A stretch of 64,000 nt of DNA from Malacoraja senta (Eukaryota): positions 41,664,001 to 41,728,000 of the forward strand of contig CM075978.1 of NCBI GenBank assembly GCA_038087875.1, in the 5' to 3' direction. Made by a program: the position numbers and the translations under genes. Of the stretch, positions 22,500 to 36,274 are shown piece after piece. A model generated the notes under the pieces. The model was not told where the DNA came from. It did not search any database and saw nothing but the letters and a program-made list of their open reading frames with translations. Every line of letters begins with the position of its first letter. Position 1 is the first letter of the stretch.

Positions 22500-24072
22500 A
22501 TGTACAGTACCATGTACTACTGACCATGTAGATGCTCTGCATAAGGCGTCACCTTAAACTAACGTTATACTGCAGCAGATGTGAGTCTAAATGATGGGTG
22601 CTTCACTGCTAGGAATGGGCATACATCACAGGGTAGATTGGATTTGATGGCACCTTTAAATTATAGAGTGCAATTTGTGTTGAGACTAAGTTAGACCCTG
22701 TGTGCACTGAAGCTAACTGGATGGCTTAAACTATAAATCTTACACGATGGGCAGGTGCTGCCTTGAAGACTTCTGTATTCTGCATATAAAAGGGAACAGT
22801 GAGTGGGAGTTGCTTCAATTGGCGATTCAGTTAGGTAGTTCCTAAACTCAAGTGCAGAATACATGAAGACTTGTGATAATGCAGACACCATCAAAAAGAA
22901 CATTTTATTTTACAAAATGTAATGCAGAATGCACACACAAGTGAAAATAGATGCTCATTCCCCCTCACTTAGCTGTTTAAAAGCGCAGCCTACCACATTG
23001 TTCTTTATATCTGCTTTAGCGAGTTTTATTTTGACATTGTTTTTAGTGATTTGCTGTGAAATATCAGACTTACTGCTCACTCCAACCCCCTCCTCAACCA
23101 CTTCCCCCAACCTCCACCCCCCCACTCCACCCCCATTCCCAGCCCCAATTGCTCCTTTTTATAGCCTTCGATGGCCTTTTCATCTCAGTGATGCTGTCGT
23201 TGGTCACAAATCTCACTGCTATTCCACTGTGACATCTTCACTCGTTTGCTGCTGCTCATTAACAAACAATACTGCTGTGAAATTGGTTTAATGACAAAGT
23301 AATAAAATTGCTATTCAACTCACAGATTGCCCGAGGCTCCTCGAGCTCCTACAAGGCTTACACTGTGTGCCAAGATGCATTAAGCTGCTTATTTGTGTAC
23401 ACTGCATCCTTCACTCTGTTTTAGTCTATTTTTCTCTGTCTATATTCAATACTGTTTCCTTGCTGCCTCCCACCTTAAAATTAACGTTGATTTATGCGTG
23501 TAACCTGTGCCACATTGACTCGGTGTGCTACATCACACGGCTGGTACTATAGATATTCATAAAGGAAACATGGGCCCTCAAACAAAGGAAACAAACCATT
23601 AAATATACAATTCTCTCTTTAGATTGATCACAATATTAGCAGATAATTTTGACCTTATCTTCTCAAATATGTAATGTTTCCAATCTTACTTTTTTTTACA
23701 TCTTAATACCTTGCTCACAAGTATTAAAGGGCCTGTGTTAGAAAAGGCTTCATAAATTTGTGTTTACAGAACAGTGATTTGTGCCATTGATGCCATCAGA
23801 TTAACCATAACATAAATTTATGGTTTTAAATTAAGTCATAATTTAAATGGTTAAATTAAACCTTTTAACCATTTGTAAGAGTTTAAAATGCCACCATTTC
23901 TTGCTTGGCAGGGAATGTTGATGTTGTATTTACTATGCCTTGACAATTTTCTTTACAGTAGAAAGTGAACGTAAATGCATTATGGCTAAATCCCTCCAGA
24001 GAATGTTAAATATACACTGTTGTTCGGTGATGGATGAGGCTTCTCTGAACTGTCCCCACCATCATATATTGG

Positions 24073-24162
24073 CACAAAATGCTGGAGTAACTTAGCTGGT
24101 CAGGCGGCATTTCTGGAGAAAAGGAATAGGTGACATTTCGGCTCAGACTCCTTCTTCAGACC
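24073..24162 (-). mobile_element. Penelope pLTR terminal fragment
   Basis: cacaaaatgctggagtaac...ccttcttcagac. Confidence 0.75.
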
Positions 24163-24811
24163 ACTATCACCTCCCCGCTATCACCTCCACAAGATGACAT
24201 TGCTTCTTTAAATATCAGTTTGCCTTCTCGCTTGGGCTATTTGAAGATTTTATTAATACAAGATGTACGTATACCTACAAAGCTATTTTTGCTGCCACCT
24301 GTTTTTCATAACGAGTGCCCATTTTCTAAAACGACTTGGTTACCATTTCTAGAGGCCACCACCTCCCCCCTGATTTACTGTTGATGGACAAGAGTGAAAT
24401 AACCAAACAGCTATGTAACAGGTGGGTAATTCTAATTATAAGCAGCCAACATTTTTATTGCTATAATGTAAGGAACTCTTACGAGTTATTTGAGCTTTTT
24501 TTTTTGCTTGTTTCCCAAAACAAGCCTTTTGACTTTTTTGAAGCAGTGGTTTGGTTTGGAACAGTTCTGTTCAATGTGCACAAGGAATGCCTGGCAAGAG
24601 CTTAATGGGGGAGTGAAATACTGTAGTCATGTGGCCACAAGAGGCAAATGGTTAGTGTGGGGGGAGCGGCTGATGGGTAGGCATTGAAGAAAAGGGTTTT
24701 ATAAGCAGACAATGTGAGAGAGCAATCTGAGAAGGAGGTCACAAATAGTCTGGAGGAGGTGGTTCGAGAAGAGACAATTCATGGTGGAAATGGAGGAACA
24801 AAAATTAAAGC

Positions 24812-25011
24812 GCAGCACACAGTGGTGCAGCACCGGAGACCCAGGTTCGATCCTGACCTCGGGGTGCTGCAGTGATGAGTTTGGGCGTTCTCCCTGCGAC
24901 CGTGTGAGTTTGCTCCGGGTGCTCCGGTTTCCTCCCACATCCTAAAAATGACCGGCACAGACCAATGACCGGCACGGACTTGCTGGGTTGAAGGGCCTGT
25001 TTCCATGCTGT
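24812..25011 (+). mobile_element. V-SINE, shortened
   Basis: ggttcgatcctgacc B box, ccgggtgctccggtttcctcccacat core, gaagggcctgtttccatgctgta tail. Confidence 0.82.
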
Positions 25012-25074
25012 AGGGAGGATAGCTGAGGCAGGATATGATGTTTCCAAGGAGCTATCCAACTGCCGGATCTTGTC

Positions 25075-25290
25075 TATGTCTTTCTACATGGACTGCCTCA
25101 TGTACTGTGGAATTACAATGGAATCAAACATTGTGCAATCATCTGGGAACATCCCCACTTCTGACATCTTGTTGGAAGGAAGATGGTTGATGAAGCAGCT
25201 GAAGATGGCTGGAGCTAGGACATGGCTACGAGGAACTCCCATCATCATATTGGCAAATTGGCCTCTGTAGCCACAACCATTTCCCCTTGT
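25075..25290 (-). mobile_element. CR1-group RT remnant
   Basis: GVPRSHVLAPAIFSCFINHLP...VGMFPDDCTMF resembles degenerate GVPQGSVLGP...FADD RT motifs. Confidence 0.75.
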
Positions 25291-25412
25291 GTGACACATT
25301 ACGCCAAGTACGCAAGTGTGCGCTGCCCACTTTGATGCAACTGCAAAATTGCCATAACTCAAATTCCTCTGTAGCATCCTGGATAATATTTATCCTTAAA
25401 CTGATGTTATCG

Positions 25413-25707
25413 GAAAATGTGGATAGGTGATGTTTCGGGTTGAGACCCTTCTTCGGATGGATTGTAGGTGGAGGGCAGCGAAAGAAAACTGGGAGAGAGG
25501 AGAGGAAGGATAAATCACGGCATGTTTTGTCCTGCCTCTCCTCTCCCAGTTTTCTTTCCCCCTTCTCCCTACCAGCAGTCTGCAAATGTTATCCAGACCA
25601 GAAACGTCATCTATCCATGGTCTCCAGAGATGCTGCCTGGCCTGCTAAGTTACTCCAGCACTTTGTGTCCTTTTGTGTCAACCAACATTTGCAGTTCCTT
25701 GTTTCTA
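25413..25707. mobile_element. Head-to-head inverted Penelope pLTR pair
   Basis: Minus arm ~25413-25514 and plus arm ~25525-25707 are imperfect reverse complements. Confidence 0.75.
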
Positions 25708-26800
25708 TTTGTTAGAAAACATATTTTCTGATGATATTCAAAAGGCAATTTTTGGGAGATTGTCAAATGCAATTAACTAACATGTTTCCTTCATAACAAC
25801 AGCAACAAAGAGTAGTAGCCAATTTTTTTCAGATGGCCTGATTTTGGAAGAGGTGCCAGTTAAGGGCAGAAAGCATTGGTACAGGGTTAATGTTTCAAGT
25901 GAATGATCTTTTATCTGACATTTCATCAGTTTGGATTTGAACCGCGTGTGGCTTCACTTTGCAGGGGTTCGTTGAGATGGGAAGACGGACTATGTCCACC
26001 AATTGTCTGCAGAAACAGTTCACATCCAAAGACAGTTCTGCTGATGCTGCACTATTTTGGATTAAAAGTTTGGCTCATGTAAGGCTTATTTTCAGACAAG
26101 CAGAGGAAATAACTGCCAGGGGTTTGGATAAAGAGGATGAAAGATGGATTTGAGTGTTATATAGTTGATCTTAGTTTTCTGGATAGCATCATTGAGGGTC
26201 ATAACACAAACGGCAACAGCAGAAGTAAACCACAGAAGGAAGGTAATAGTAACTAAAATGATTGACTCTTCCTTACGAGCTACCAATCTTGTATTCAGTG
26301 ATAATGTCTGTGCCTCTGTCAGAAGACTATGGGTTTGAGCAAATAATGATCTCAGGTGGAATTTACAAAATTTCACAATCATAGATTAGCCAACAAAGGC
26401 AGTAAATGTCTTCACATAAACGAGCCAAAATGCATCCCTCAGCCTCGACACCAAGTAGATTAGCTGGTCACTTATGTCAAAGCCCTTTCAGTCAAATTGA
26501 CAGCCACATTTCCCTAACATATTCAAATGCAGGCAAGGTCTGAGCTTCACGGGTGGAGAGCTATAGTTTTGATGAGGAAGTCTTGGTATGGATCAAATCT
26601 CAGCACACATGAGCAGTTAGTTGGCAGGATGCAGCAAAGATTTCAAAAGTGGCAATGCTCGGGAGATGCGACAGAACATAATAAGCATCTGGACTAGCTA
26701 AGATCAGATGCTACGTTCTGAGAGAAAAAAGCACTTGAATTATGTCAACTCAAGGGAAAATTAGAACAGGAGCCAGCAACTGATTTTTTACCTTTTTCTT

Positions 26801-27106
26801 TGTTTAGTTTAGAGATACAGCATGTAAACAGGCCCTTCAGCCAACTGAGACTACACCAATCAGCGATCCCCACACACTAGCACTATCCTACACATTAGGG
26901 ACAATTTGCCTTTTAACCAAAGCCAATTAACCTACAAACCTGTATGTCTTTGGAGTGTGGGAGGAAACCGGAGCACTAGGGGTAAACCCATGCGGTCACG
27001 AGGAGAATGTACAAACTCCATACATACAGCACCCGTAATCAGGATTGAATCCGGGTCTCTGGCGCTGGAAGGCAGTCACTCTTCCGCTGTGCCACCGTGC
27101 CGCACC
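26801..27106 (-). mobile_element. V-SINE
   Basis: Full-length family copy. Confidence 0.88.
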
Positions 27107-27127
27107 ATCTGACTCAGATCACCATTA

Positions 27128-27436
27128 AGGGCCTGTCCCACTATACGAGTTTACCCAAGAGCTCTCCCGAGTTAAAAAAAAAAAATCGAACTCGTGGTAA
27201 GTACGTAGAATGTACGTAGCAGGTACGTCGGAGCTCGGGACGTCTCTTAGCGGATCGTAATGCTAACGGCAGGTACTCGGGAAACGCTGTAAGCTCGAGA
27301 AGTTTTTTCAACATGTTGAAAAATGTCCACGAGAGCCCCGAGTACCTACGAGCGGCTATTACCGTAATTCTCCGAGTTCGAATCAGGGGAAACTCGGGAG
27401 AACTCTTGAATTACCTCGTACAGTGGGACAGGCCCT
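27128..27436. mobile_element. PIF/Harbinger-type MITE (309 bp)
   Basis: Perfect 15-bp TIR agggcctgtcccact / agtgggacaggccct, imperfect extension to ~45 bp, TTA TSD (27125-27127, 27437-27439), CpG-rich. Confidence 0.85.
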
Positions 27437-28739
27437 TTAAGATCAGTATTTGCGAAGTAGTGATTACAATGATATTGGATGTGTTATTCAAAAGAGAATG
27501 AATAGTCACTTGTTGCTACAGTATCTTCGTAAAAAAAGTCAGAGCTATCCCTTGGACAGCACAACAACCCAACAACAATGTTGGCAACATTATCAGCACA
27601 ATGTTTCAATTTTACCAAGTGCCTTCAGGTCACACAAGACACTAGTGTACAATTAAGGCGGTTATTATAACCTTTTGTGACTTTCCTCGCTATATGTTCC
27701 TACTTGGCAAATTCTGTAGTTGCAGCTCAGAAGTCAGTAAATGGAATCCATGTGCTGTTTGCATCATCTCAAGTTCGAGATGTAGCAGATTGCAGTATAA
27801 ACACACTGGAATATAAGTCACTGAACTCTAGTGTTCCTCTCATAGCAAATTGATAGCATAATTTTATTATGCTATGAACAATGACTACAGGGAATGTGCA
27901 AGATCTGCACAGCTCTACATATAATCCATTTGACTAAATGTAACACTTCCATTAGATGAGTGTATAATGAAAGCAGTACTGGATGCCAGCAAGGACTATA
28001 ACATTTCAGTTTTCAGATCTTGTCAAAAGGGCACACAATAAATCATACATATAGCTTATTAAATGTCATAGGCAGGTGATCCAACAGGGAGGACAAGGGG
28101 GGTGCTTATATTGCAAGATGACTTCGCTGTCATGTGATATGTATTCTTCAGAGCGCTAAGGTCAGAAATCCTTCACATGGATTTTAATAAGCTACTTATT
28201 ACCGTCTTTCAATGCTAATTATTTGATATATCCTTTCGGTAACCATCTATTAATATTGAAGTGGTAGCCATATTTTAACAATGATTGGGTAATAACAATC
28301 ATTGTTCATTTTTATATAATTGATAATGTAATTCCACTGAAGAAGTGGGAAGATTCTACTGTTGGGGCAGAATAAAAATCTAGAAAAATTTGGCTATTAA
28401 TTTCCACTCTCGATTTTAATACATTGTGAGGATAAAAAGGACCATTTTACTTTCATAATGATATAAAGTGATTTCAAATTGCCAATGCAATAGCATACCC
28501 TTGTAGGAGATCACAAAATACGATTAATTACAACATTAAGTATTAAAATAAGAATTTATTATAAATATCTAAAATTTCTTAATGAAAGCCAAATTTAAAA
28601 GTAAATCAAACATTAATTAAAAATTATATAGTGGAGAAAGGTAATCTCGTAAGTTGAATTATCAACCAATATGTATGCTGAATGAGGCACGTGAATATTG
28701 TGGCTCTATGGACAGCTCGAAAGATTGGTGTTCTGCAGT

Positions 28740-29355
28740 GAATGATTCCCCAAAGCCTTTTCACCATATCCTGTCCACAAGTCAGGAGTGTAATGGATAT
28801 TCTTCTCATGTCTGATTAACTTAGCCCCAACAACATTTAAGAAATGTAACATCCTCCAGGTCAAGACAGACCACTTGATTGGCAACCTATCCATAACAGT
28901 CACTTCCTGCATCACTAGTGTGCTGTGAATGAATGTACATCATCTGTAAGATACACTGACGCAACTCACTGTGCCTTCTGACACGGCACCACCCAAGTCT
29001 GCAGCATCTTCTAGCAACTTGAAGTACAAGGTCAACAAACACATAAAAACACCACCACCTCCAACTTGCCCAACAAGTCACACACCATGTTTAGCGGGAT
29101 ATGAACCGTACCCAGGTAGGTGGGACTAATGTAGATGGGGCGTCTTGGACGGCATGGGCAAGTTGGGCTAAAGGGCAAGTTTCCGTGCTCTGACTCTATG
29201 ACCATCTTGACTTATGCAGCTTGGATCAATATTCTGTAACCTCCTTCCCAACAACTCTGGGAGCACCCTCACCAAACAGAACGCAGTGATTCAAGAAAGT
29301 GGCTCACCATCACCTTTTCAAGGGCAATTAGGGATGGGCAAATATACAATAAATT
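28740..29355 (+). mobile_element. Old CR1-group LINE 3' portion, interrupted by a HER1-type tail (29088-29202)
   Basis: caagtcaggagtgt...ttcaagaa...gctcaccatcacctt...caagggcaattagggatgggca. Confidence 0.65.
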
Positions 29356-30840
29356 AATAAATAAAGGTCCTGTCTCTTGTGTCATGTCAGCACTATTTTA
29401 GGCCATTAGCAATTCTGTTAGTATTAACGGAGACAAATACAACTGCAAGCCTTTAAAAAAAAATCATTTCATGATATGCAGTTTTACACTCAATAATGTA
29501 CAGCACGTAATCCAGAAAGATAAACTGAATCTGTACATTAATGCAAAATTTGGCATCTGTCATCATTCATCATATAGGATAAGATAAATTTCACACCAGA
29601 TGTTGATTCTTGCCAAAAGCCACCACAATATTTTCCCATGAGTCACAACTGAATCCAAATATGTTTTCACAACAATCAGATAAACTTAAAGAAACAGTAA
29701 TTTGACACTACAGAGGAAAACCTCAGTCTTCAGGTATCATGTGATTTCAAATCCCATTCAGTACTAAAATTCCTCTAAGTGAGAGTGCCCCAGAGAATTA
29801 AGTAAACCTTTCTTTCTAAATTTAGAACTGAAACAAAAGACAAAGCTAAAAATGCTGTTCATTGTACATAAAGTAGCCTTTTATCTTGCTATTTATCATT
29901 GCCCAGGAACATTTGCAACATTTCTAACCACTTTATCCCGAATATTGTCTAATATTCTTTTTTTTATTATTGCCTCTAGCAAATGAAATTAAGTAAATGG
30001 TAAGGAATCGCAAACACGTTTCCTGCTGATGGGAATGATGCGCCACTTGCTGTATCAAAACAGAGCTTCCTTCTGACCTCTCCAAGCCTTGATTGTGCTG
30101 CTGAGACAAAGGAATGATTCAGCACATGCCCTTTCATGTGGCTGCCTCAAACTAACAGCGTCAGACCACTGGCACTGACCATTAATTTGCTGATATCAAA
30201 GAAGAAAATTCTACAAATTAATTGGGGCACTTCTGCAAAACACCCTTCTACTTGGGAAACAAGAACTTAATTTGACTGATTTTGGTTGAAGCTATTTATT
30301 AATCCTTTCCCATTTTTAATAGTGTGCAGTCCCTGCACTTTACGATGTCTAATGGGACTATGATCTGGCACTTGGTACCCCATGTCGAGTGTTTACAAAC
30401 ATAAATCCTTGCGTCCCCTTCGACTTTCGGTCCTGTATATCTAATTCTTGCTTCAAAATTGACAATGTCAGCTGATAGCTCCGAAGCTTTTGATGTTTGG
30501 GTGGCTGAGCTCTTAACGTTGTCATTTCTTTAGGAAACATTAAATTATTAAGTTGGAACAAAATGTACCATATCTAGCATAACATAAACTGGCAAAATTA
30601 AAATACTCAACTGAAGCAGTAGCTTTAAATGTTATCTAACTCACTGGCTTCACGATACCCTTTCAAAGAAGGATACAAATATTGTACTTCACAAAATGTG
30701 TTATTCTGATATAAAACAATTTGGTAATTTTTTGATCTTCAATACAGCAGTTTATTTCTGCATAAGTCAGCCTGACAGAATGTGGGCAACTCAATTTTCT
30801 GCACTGTAGCTAGGCACATTGCCTTTTACGTAGTGCTAGC

Positions 30841-31099
30841 NNNNNNNNNNNNNNNNNNNNNNNNNNNNNNNNNNNNNNNNNNNNNNNNNNNNNNNNNNNN
30901 NNNNNNNNNNNNNNNNNNNNNNNNNNNNNNNNNNNNNNNNNNNNNNNNNNNNNNNNNNNNNNNNNNNNNNNNNNNNNNNNNNNNNNNNNNNNNNNNNNNN
31001 NNNNNNNNNNNNNNNNNNNNNNNNNNNNNNNNNNNNNNNNNNNNNNNNNNNNNNNNNNNNNNNNNNNNNNNNNNNNNNNNNNNNNNNNNNNNNNNNNNN
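30841..31099. other. Assembly gap (259 N)
   Basis: Run of n. Confidence 1.
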
Positions 31100-31830
31100 C
31101 AGCCACGGAGTCCGATAAACCTAAAAGCTTCGTTAATGTCTGCCTGCCTGTATCCCATAGATAGAGCACTTTGTAAATGAACCTGCTTTGATAAATATAT
31201 TAAGGAAAGCTGCGAATAAAAGGAAAGTCTTCTCATTTGTAAATACAACCTCTGCTACATGGAATTATAATGATAAAATGGGGTTCCATGTAATTAAGTT
31301 TGTATAAGACCTGAAATCCGTGCAAATACCTTCCCTGAATTTTGAAAGGAAACTGTCAGTTCAATTAATCTGAACATCACCCGAGAATGTACTGAACAAA
31401 ATTAAGCTGCAGATAAAGCCCGGGCCAGTATTTTGATAAGTAATTCCTGTATCATTTCTTTGGTACTGTGATCATTTCATTTAATCCAACCTCCCCACAT
31501 CTCCCCCACTCCCATTCAAAGTTACTTGTTAAGCCATCTACAAAGGGACAACTAGTATTACTACTGTGGCAGTAATCCATCGTATCGCACATGTCAAATG
31601 GGAAAAAAACATATACTTTTTTAAAAAATGATCAAAAAGGAAAATCAATATCCTATTCTAAATACAGTTCTGAAATGGGACAATGCAAAACCTTCTATCC
31701 AGGCCGCCACAACCAAAGTTGCATGTTTGCGTGTTAAATAGTTTCGTATCACCCCAAAAAAATAAGGGGGTTCGTTACAAAGCAAAGCACCTTTCCATAG
31801 AGAGAAAGCATAGGAGAGATAAGTCACTCA

Positions 31831-32046
<216 letters not shown>

Positions 32047-34089
32047 CTAATATGGATTTTTTTTTTAAATGAAATAAATTATTTTGATTGCTGGGTGTTG
32101 ACACGTTTTTGGATCAGCCTCCAGCCCTTTTGAAAGCCATGTAATTGCAGGAGGTTTTCCTCATCTTACCTTGTCCATATTAGTAATGACCCCTTGCTAC
32201 TACTAAACCACTAATAGTTTCAGCAGCAGCGAATGAAATGAATAGGATGAATCTAAATTCACAGTTGGTAATTTGCATTGTATAAGGCTTCCTTAGCCTC
32301 TTGGACAGCTCTTGGTCATCAATCCTTGGCTGTCAGTTGCTGCACTATGCCACAGTGATAGATATGCTTCCTAACACCAGAATTCATCCAAACAGTGTGA
32401 TTGTCCTTTATTTTACACTTAGTAATGAAGATAATTAATGGCTCAAAAAAAGTACAAGGATATTTTTTTGTGGTAAGAGTAGGGAGGGAACTCAAAAGGC
32501 TTACATCATAATTTGTGAATGGTTGAAATGCATGTTTTGGAATCATTTCTTAGTAAACCTCTAGTGGCTCAAGTTTGCAGCCTCAAACATACTGGTTATT
32601 ACGTGTTGTCAAAATATGCATTTCCGCTTTCCATCTAATCCATCAATATTAGCTCTTGCTGCAATGGAGCCAGTATGGATGACAATGAAGTGTCGGTATG
32701 AAACCAAGACCAGTGATTGTAGGAGAATCAAGGCATCGTCAGGTAATGCAGTTCTGCTATGCATATGGCCATTTGAAATCTCTAATCCAGTCATTTCTGG
32801 CATAGCCATCCTGTAGCAATTGAGGTCTCCCAGTGGAATACATGCTAGAATATAGCAACAATGATGATGGATCACTTCATCACTGTGGAACCAGACTGTG
32901 GTGAATTAAGGACACAGGTCGTAGGTTTGGCTGTCCTGAAACCACTCTGTACTGATGAAGCTTTCACAGAGGTGTAAAATGGTAGCTACTCAGAGTATGA
33001 CATTTTTCTTTTAACCAGATATTAATTTTCATCTTTCCTGCTAAAAATTAAAACCTCTATGCCTTAAGTAATTTTGCCAACAATAGTTACAAATGATTTT
33101 TGCTCTAAATACATTCTATTGGATTCCACATTGGAATTTTTTTGCACAAGATTAATTGTGTAGTCAATGTAAGCTGCACTGAATGTGGATCTAAGTGTTA
33201 CTACTTCCTGACAACAGCCAAAACAGGCAGGAATGCATGACTCACTTGGGCTCACAGACATGTACTACTAAACATGGAGAGAGAGCAAAGCACAGGCATT
33301 CAGACTGCAGCAAATGGCTCTACTTGCTCGCTGCCTTACCAGGGCTACAGGCCGCACAATGACAATAATGGAAGCTCCAGTGAAAGGCCATCGTGACGGT
33401 GGGTCTGGAGGAATGAAACCGTTATCATTTCTTACACTTCAAAGGTCGGGATCATAAGCCAGTGGCTGTGTAATGTTACTGTGAACAGGGTTCCCCCACA
33501 GAAACCAGTCGCTGCCCCCTCAACAATAGCTGGCTTTCGCTGCTTCTTTTCTCTGGCTTCCAGCCAGATGCCGGTTTGGTACACCATTAATTTATGTTCA
33601 GTGAATTGATGCGGGTCTAGAGAAATGTTTTTTCATCAATTTGCCTTCCAAGTTGAAACTGCGTCCTGCCAGGTTTTGAGTTGATAATGTTAAAGGCATT
33701 ATATTGAAGTCAAACGGTGAAGTTGAGGTAAGTTTTGTCGTTTCAAAAAGGTGCTAATGCATGTATAATGTGATGATATTCAAATACCCACTTATTTCCC
33801 TAACATGCATCTCTCACAAAGGAGATTCTTTTTACTGAATGTGGGTGATAATCTATAAATTGCTACTCTTGTCATAAATTCATGGAAATAAACAGAGATA
33901 GCCCTCTGTCTAAACATCAATGCCAATGCAATGGGCTGTGCATGCGTTGTAAACCAGAGTGTCAGCAGAGTCAAATCTAGATACATCAGACAAACCCGAC
34001 GTCACACATGCACAAAGAAATTGACCTTACATCATGGGTAGTTTATTCCATAAAATAATCACAACTTTTCACTGTAAACTTGAACAGGA

Positions 34090-34447
34090 TTTGCCTGGAT
34101 AGAGTGGATGTGGAGAGGATGTTTCCACTAGTGGGAGAGTCTAGGACCAGAGGCCATGTCCTCAAAATAAATGGACGTACTGTTAGAAAGGAGAGACGGA
34201 ATTTCTTTAGTCAGAGGGTGGTTGGTGAATCTGTGGAATTCATTGCCACAGAAGGCTGTGGAGGCCAAGTCAATGGATATTATTAGGTAGAGATTGACAT
34301 TCTTGATTACAAAGGTTATCAGGGGATATAGGAAGAAGGCAGGAGAATGTGGTTGAGAGGGAAAGATAGATCAGCCATGATTGAATGGCGGAGCAGACCT
34401 GATGGACCGAATGGCCTAATTCTGCTCCTATAAATTAGGAACATGAA
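34090..34447 (+). mobile_element. CR1/HER1-type LINE 3' end
   Basis: LDRVDVERMFPLVGESRTRGH...RNFFSQRVV plus 3' UTR. Confidence 0.88.
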
Positions 34448-35749
34448 AAAAATGTATAACATGAAAACATTGGTAGAATTAAATTTAATGAATGCTGAAA
34501 ATTTCCCTACAATATTAACAAATAATCGCATTTTGTTATGAATGGCAAAATAGTTTGTTAGCATGCTTGGACACAAACCCAGATAAAGATTAAAATATTA
34601 TGTGCATAATTGATTACAACCAAATACCTTGTGTCCCAGTTACACCGCATTTGATATTCATATGGTCAGATCTTTCACACCATACCAATATTAACTATGC
34701 AGTGGAACGTTGCCAATTTTGCAGAAACTGCTAATTCAGTATAAGTAGCAAATTCACTAGAGCAACGACAGAACAAATGGAGGGTGTAACCGTAACTGTT
34801 CCTTACAACTATGTTTAAATTCTGCTCCACTTACGCAGTTTGACAGAGACCACTATGTTAAGCGCCATTCTCTACACAAGATGGAATGAAAGGTGCAAGG
34901 AAAGATTATCCACAGGAGTAAAAAAAATAGACCAGTTTAAACCACCTACTGCTCCTCACTTTAAACAAAACTGCTAAAAAGCACTCAATAGAAAGAATCA
35001 GCATAATTGATCCCAAGCACTGATGACCAGAGATGACAGTTCCATCCTGTCCCCTAAATTACTGGATCACTGTAGCCAGAATTTATGAGAGTCAGACAGT
35101 GGACCTCACATAGCTCACATATTAGACCATTAGGCATCTAACTACCTCTGAACAATTTCAATGCATTATCTCTCTTTCTCCCTGGGGCACAAACTTCACT
35201 CTTCCATACTTTTAATATATTTTGTCGGCACGAAGCAGATCGAGTTATTACATGCCAGCAGAACGCAGCAAACACTAGTACCCTGGCTGTGTGTGTTGCA
35301 GTTGTGGTCTCAGCATATCCACGGACTGTAAAATAGGATAAATACTCACACAGTAAACTTTATCTCGAGATGATCGGTATACTCCAGAGCTAGAACTTGA
35401 TTTGTTTTCACACTGACCGTAGATCAATCTCTTTCCTAGAAAGAGGGCTCATTATTTTTGTTTACAAGTCAAGCGCACAAAAATCCACTTATCTTAATTT
35501 CATAGAAAAGCCTGCAGAAACCACAAGTAGATGAGTGGTTTCCACATGAATTATCTCAAGTCAGTGGTTACAAGGCGTCCCATTAAAAATCTTTGCATAC
35601 AGCTCGTGAAAGGAAGAATCCAGTCAGACGACGGAACAATGGACTGTCAACAGAAAAGGATTGACACATCACTACCGAGCCAAGAAGTTATTGGTGGATA
35701 GTTTGCCTCCCGAGATGGGAGACAGGGACATCCAGGAAAGGAAGAGAAG

Positions 35750-35899
35750 TGTGTAGGAAGGAATTGCAGATGCTGCTTTACACTGAAGATAGACACAAAA
35801 TGCTGGAGTAACTCAGCAGGACAGGCAGCATCTCTGGAGAGAAGGAATGGGTGACGTTTCGGGTCGAGACCCTTCTTCAGCATTTTGTGTCTATCTTCA
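35750..35899 (-). mobile_element. Penelope pLTR fragment with a 22-bp inverted extension
   Basis: tgaagatagacacaaaatgctg (35784-35805) and its exact reverse complement (35878-35899). Confidence 0.82.
35853..35880 (-). ncRNA. Minimal type I hammerhead ribozyme-like motif in a Penelope pLTR
   Basis: CUGAAGA-A-GGGU(CUCG)ACCC-GAAA-CG-UC; the 5' strand of helix I is lost at the truncation junction. Confidence 0.55.
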
Positions 35900-36029
35900 A
35901 ATGAAAGTAAGTGTCAGAAATAGTCCAGGTGAATTTGAGAGAAAGGGTGGAAGATGGTGCTAGATGATAAAACTTGATGGGAATGCAGCACCAATGGAGA
36001 TATCAATGGCTTGAAAAGGAGTTGTCCAT

Positions 36030-36274
36030 GTGACTACAGGCGCTGTCTGTACGGATTTGTATGTTTTCCCCGTGACTCACGTGGGGTTTTTCCAGGATCG
36101 CTAGTTTCCACCCACACTCCAAAAACGTACACGTTTGTAGGTTAATTGGCTTGGTATAATTGTAAATTGTCCCTAGTGTGTGTAGGATAGCATTAGGGTG
36201 CAGGGATTGCAGGTTGGCGTGGACTTGGTGGGCCGAAGGGCCTGTTTCCGCGCTGTATCTCTAAACATCTCTAA
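36030..36274 (+). mobile_element. V-SINE, 5'-truncated
   Basis: V-domain and tail. Confidence 0.85.

Noticed and set aside
30782-31248. ORFs spanning N runs (also 49046-49635)
   Set aside because: Artefacts of assembly gaps
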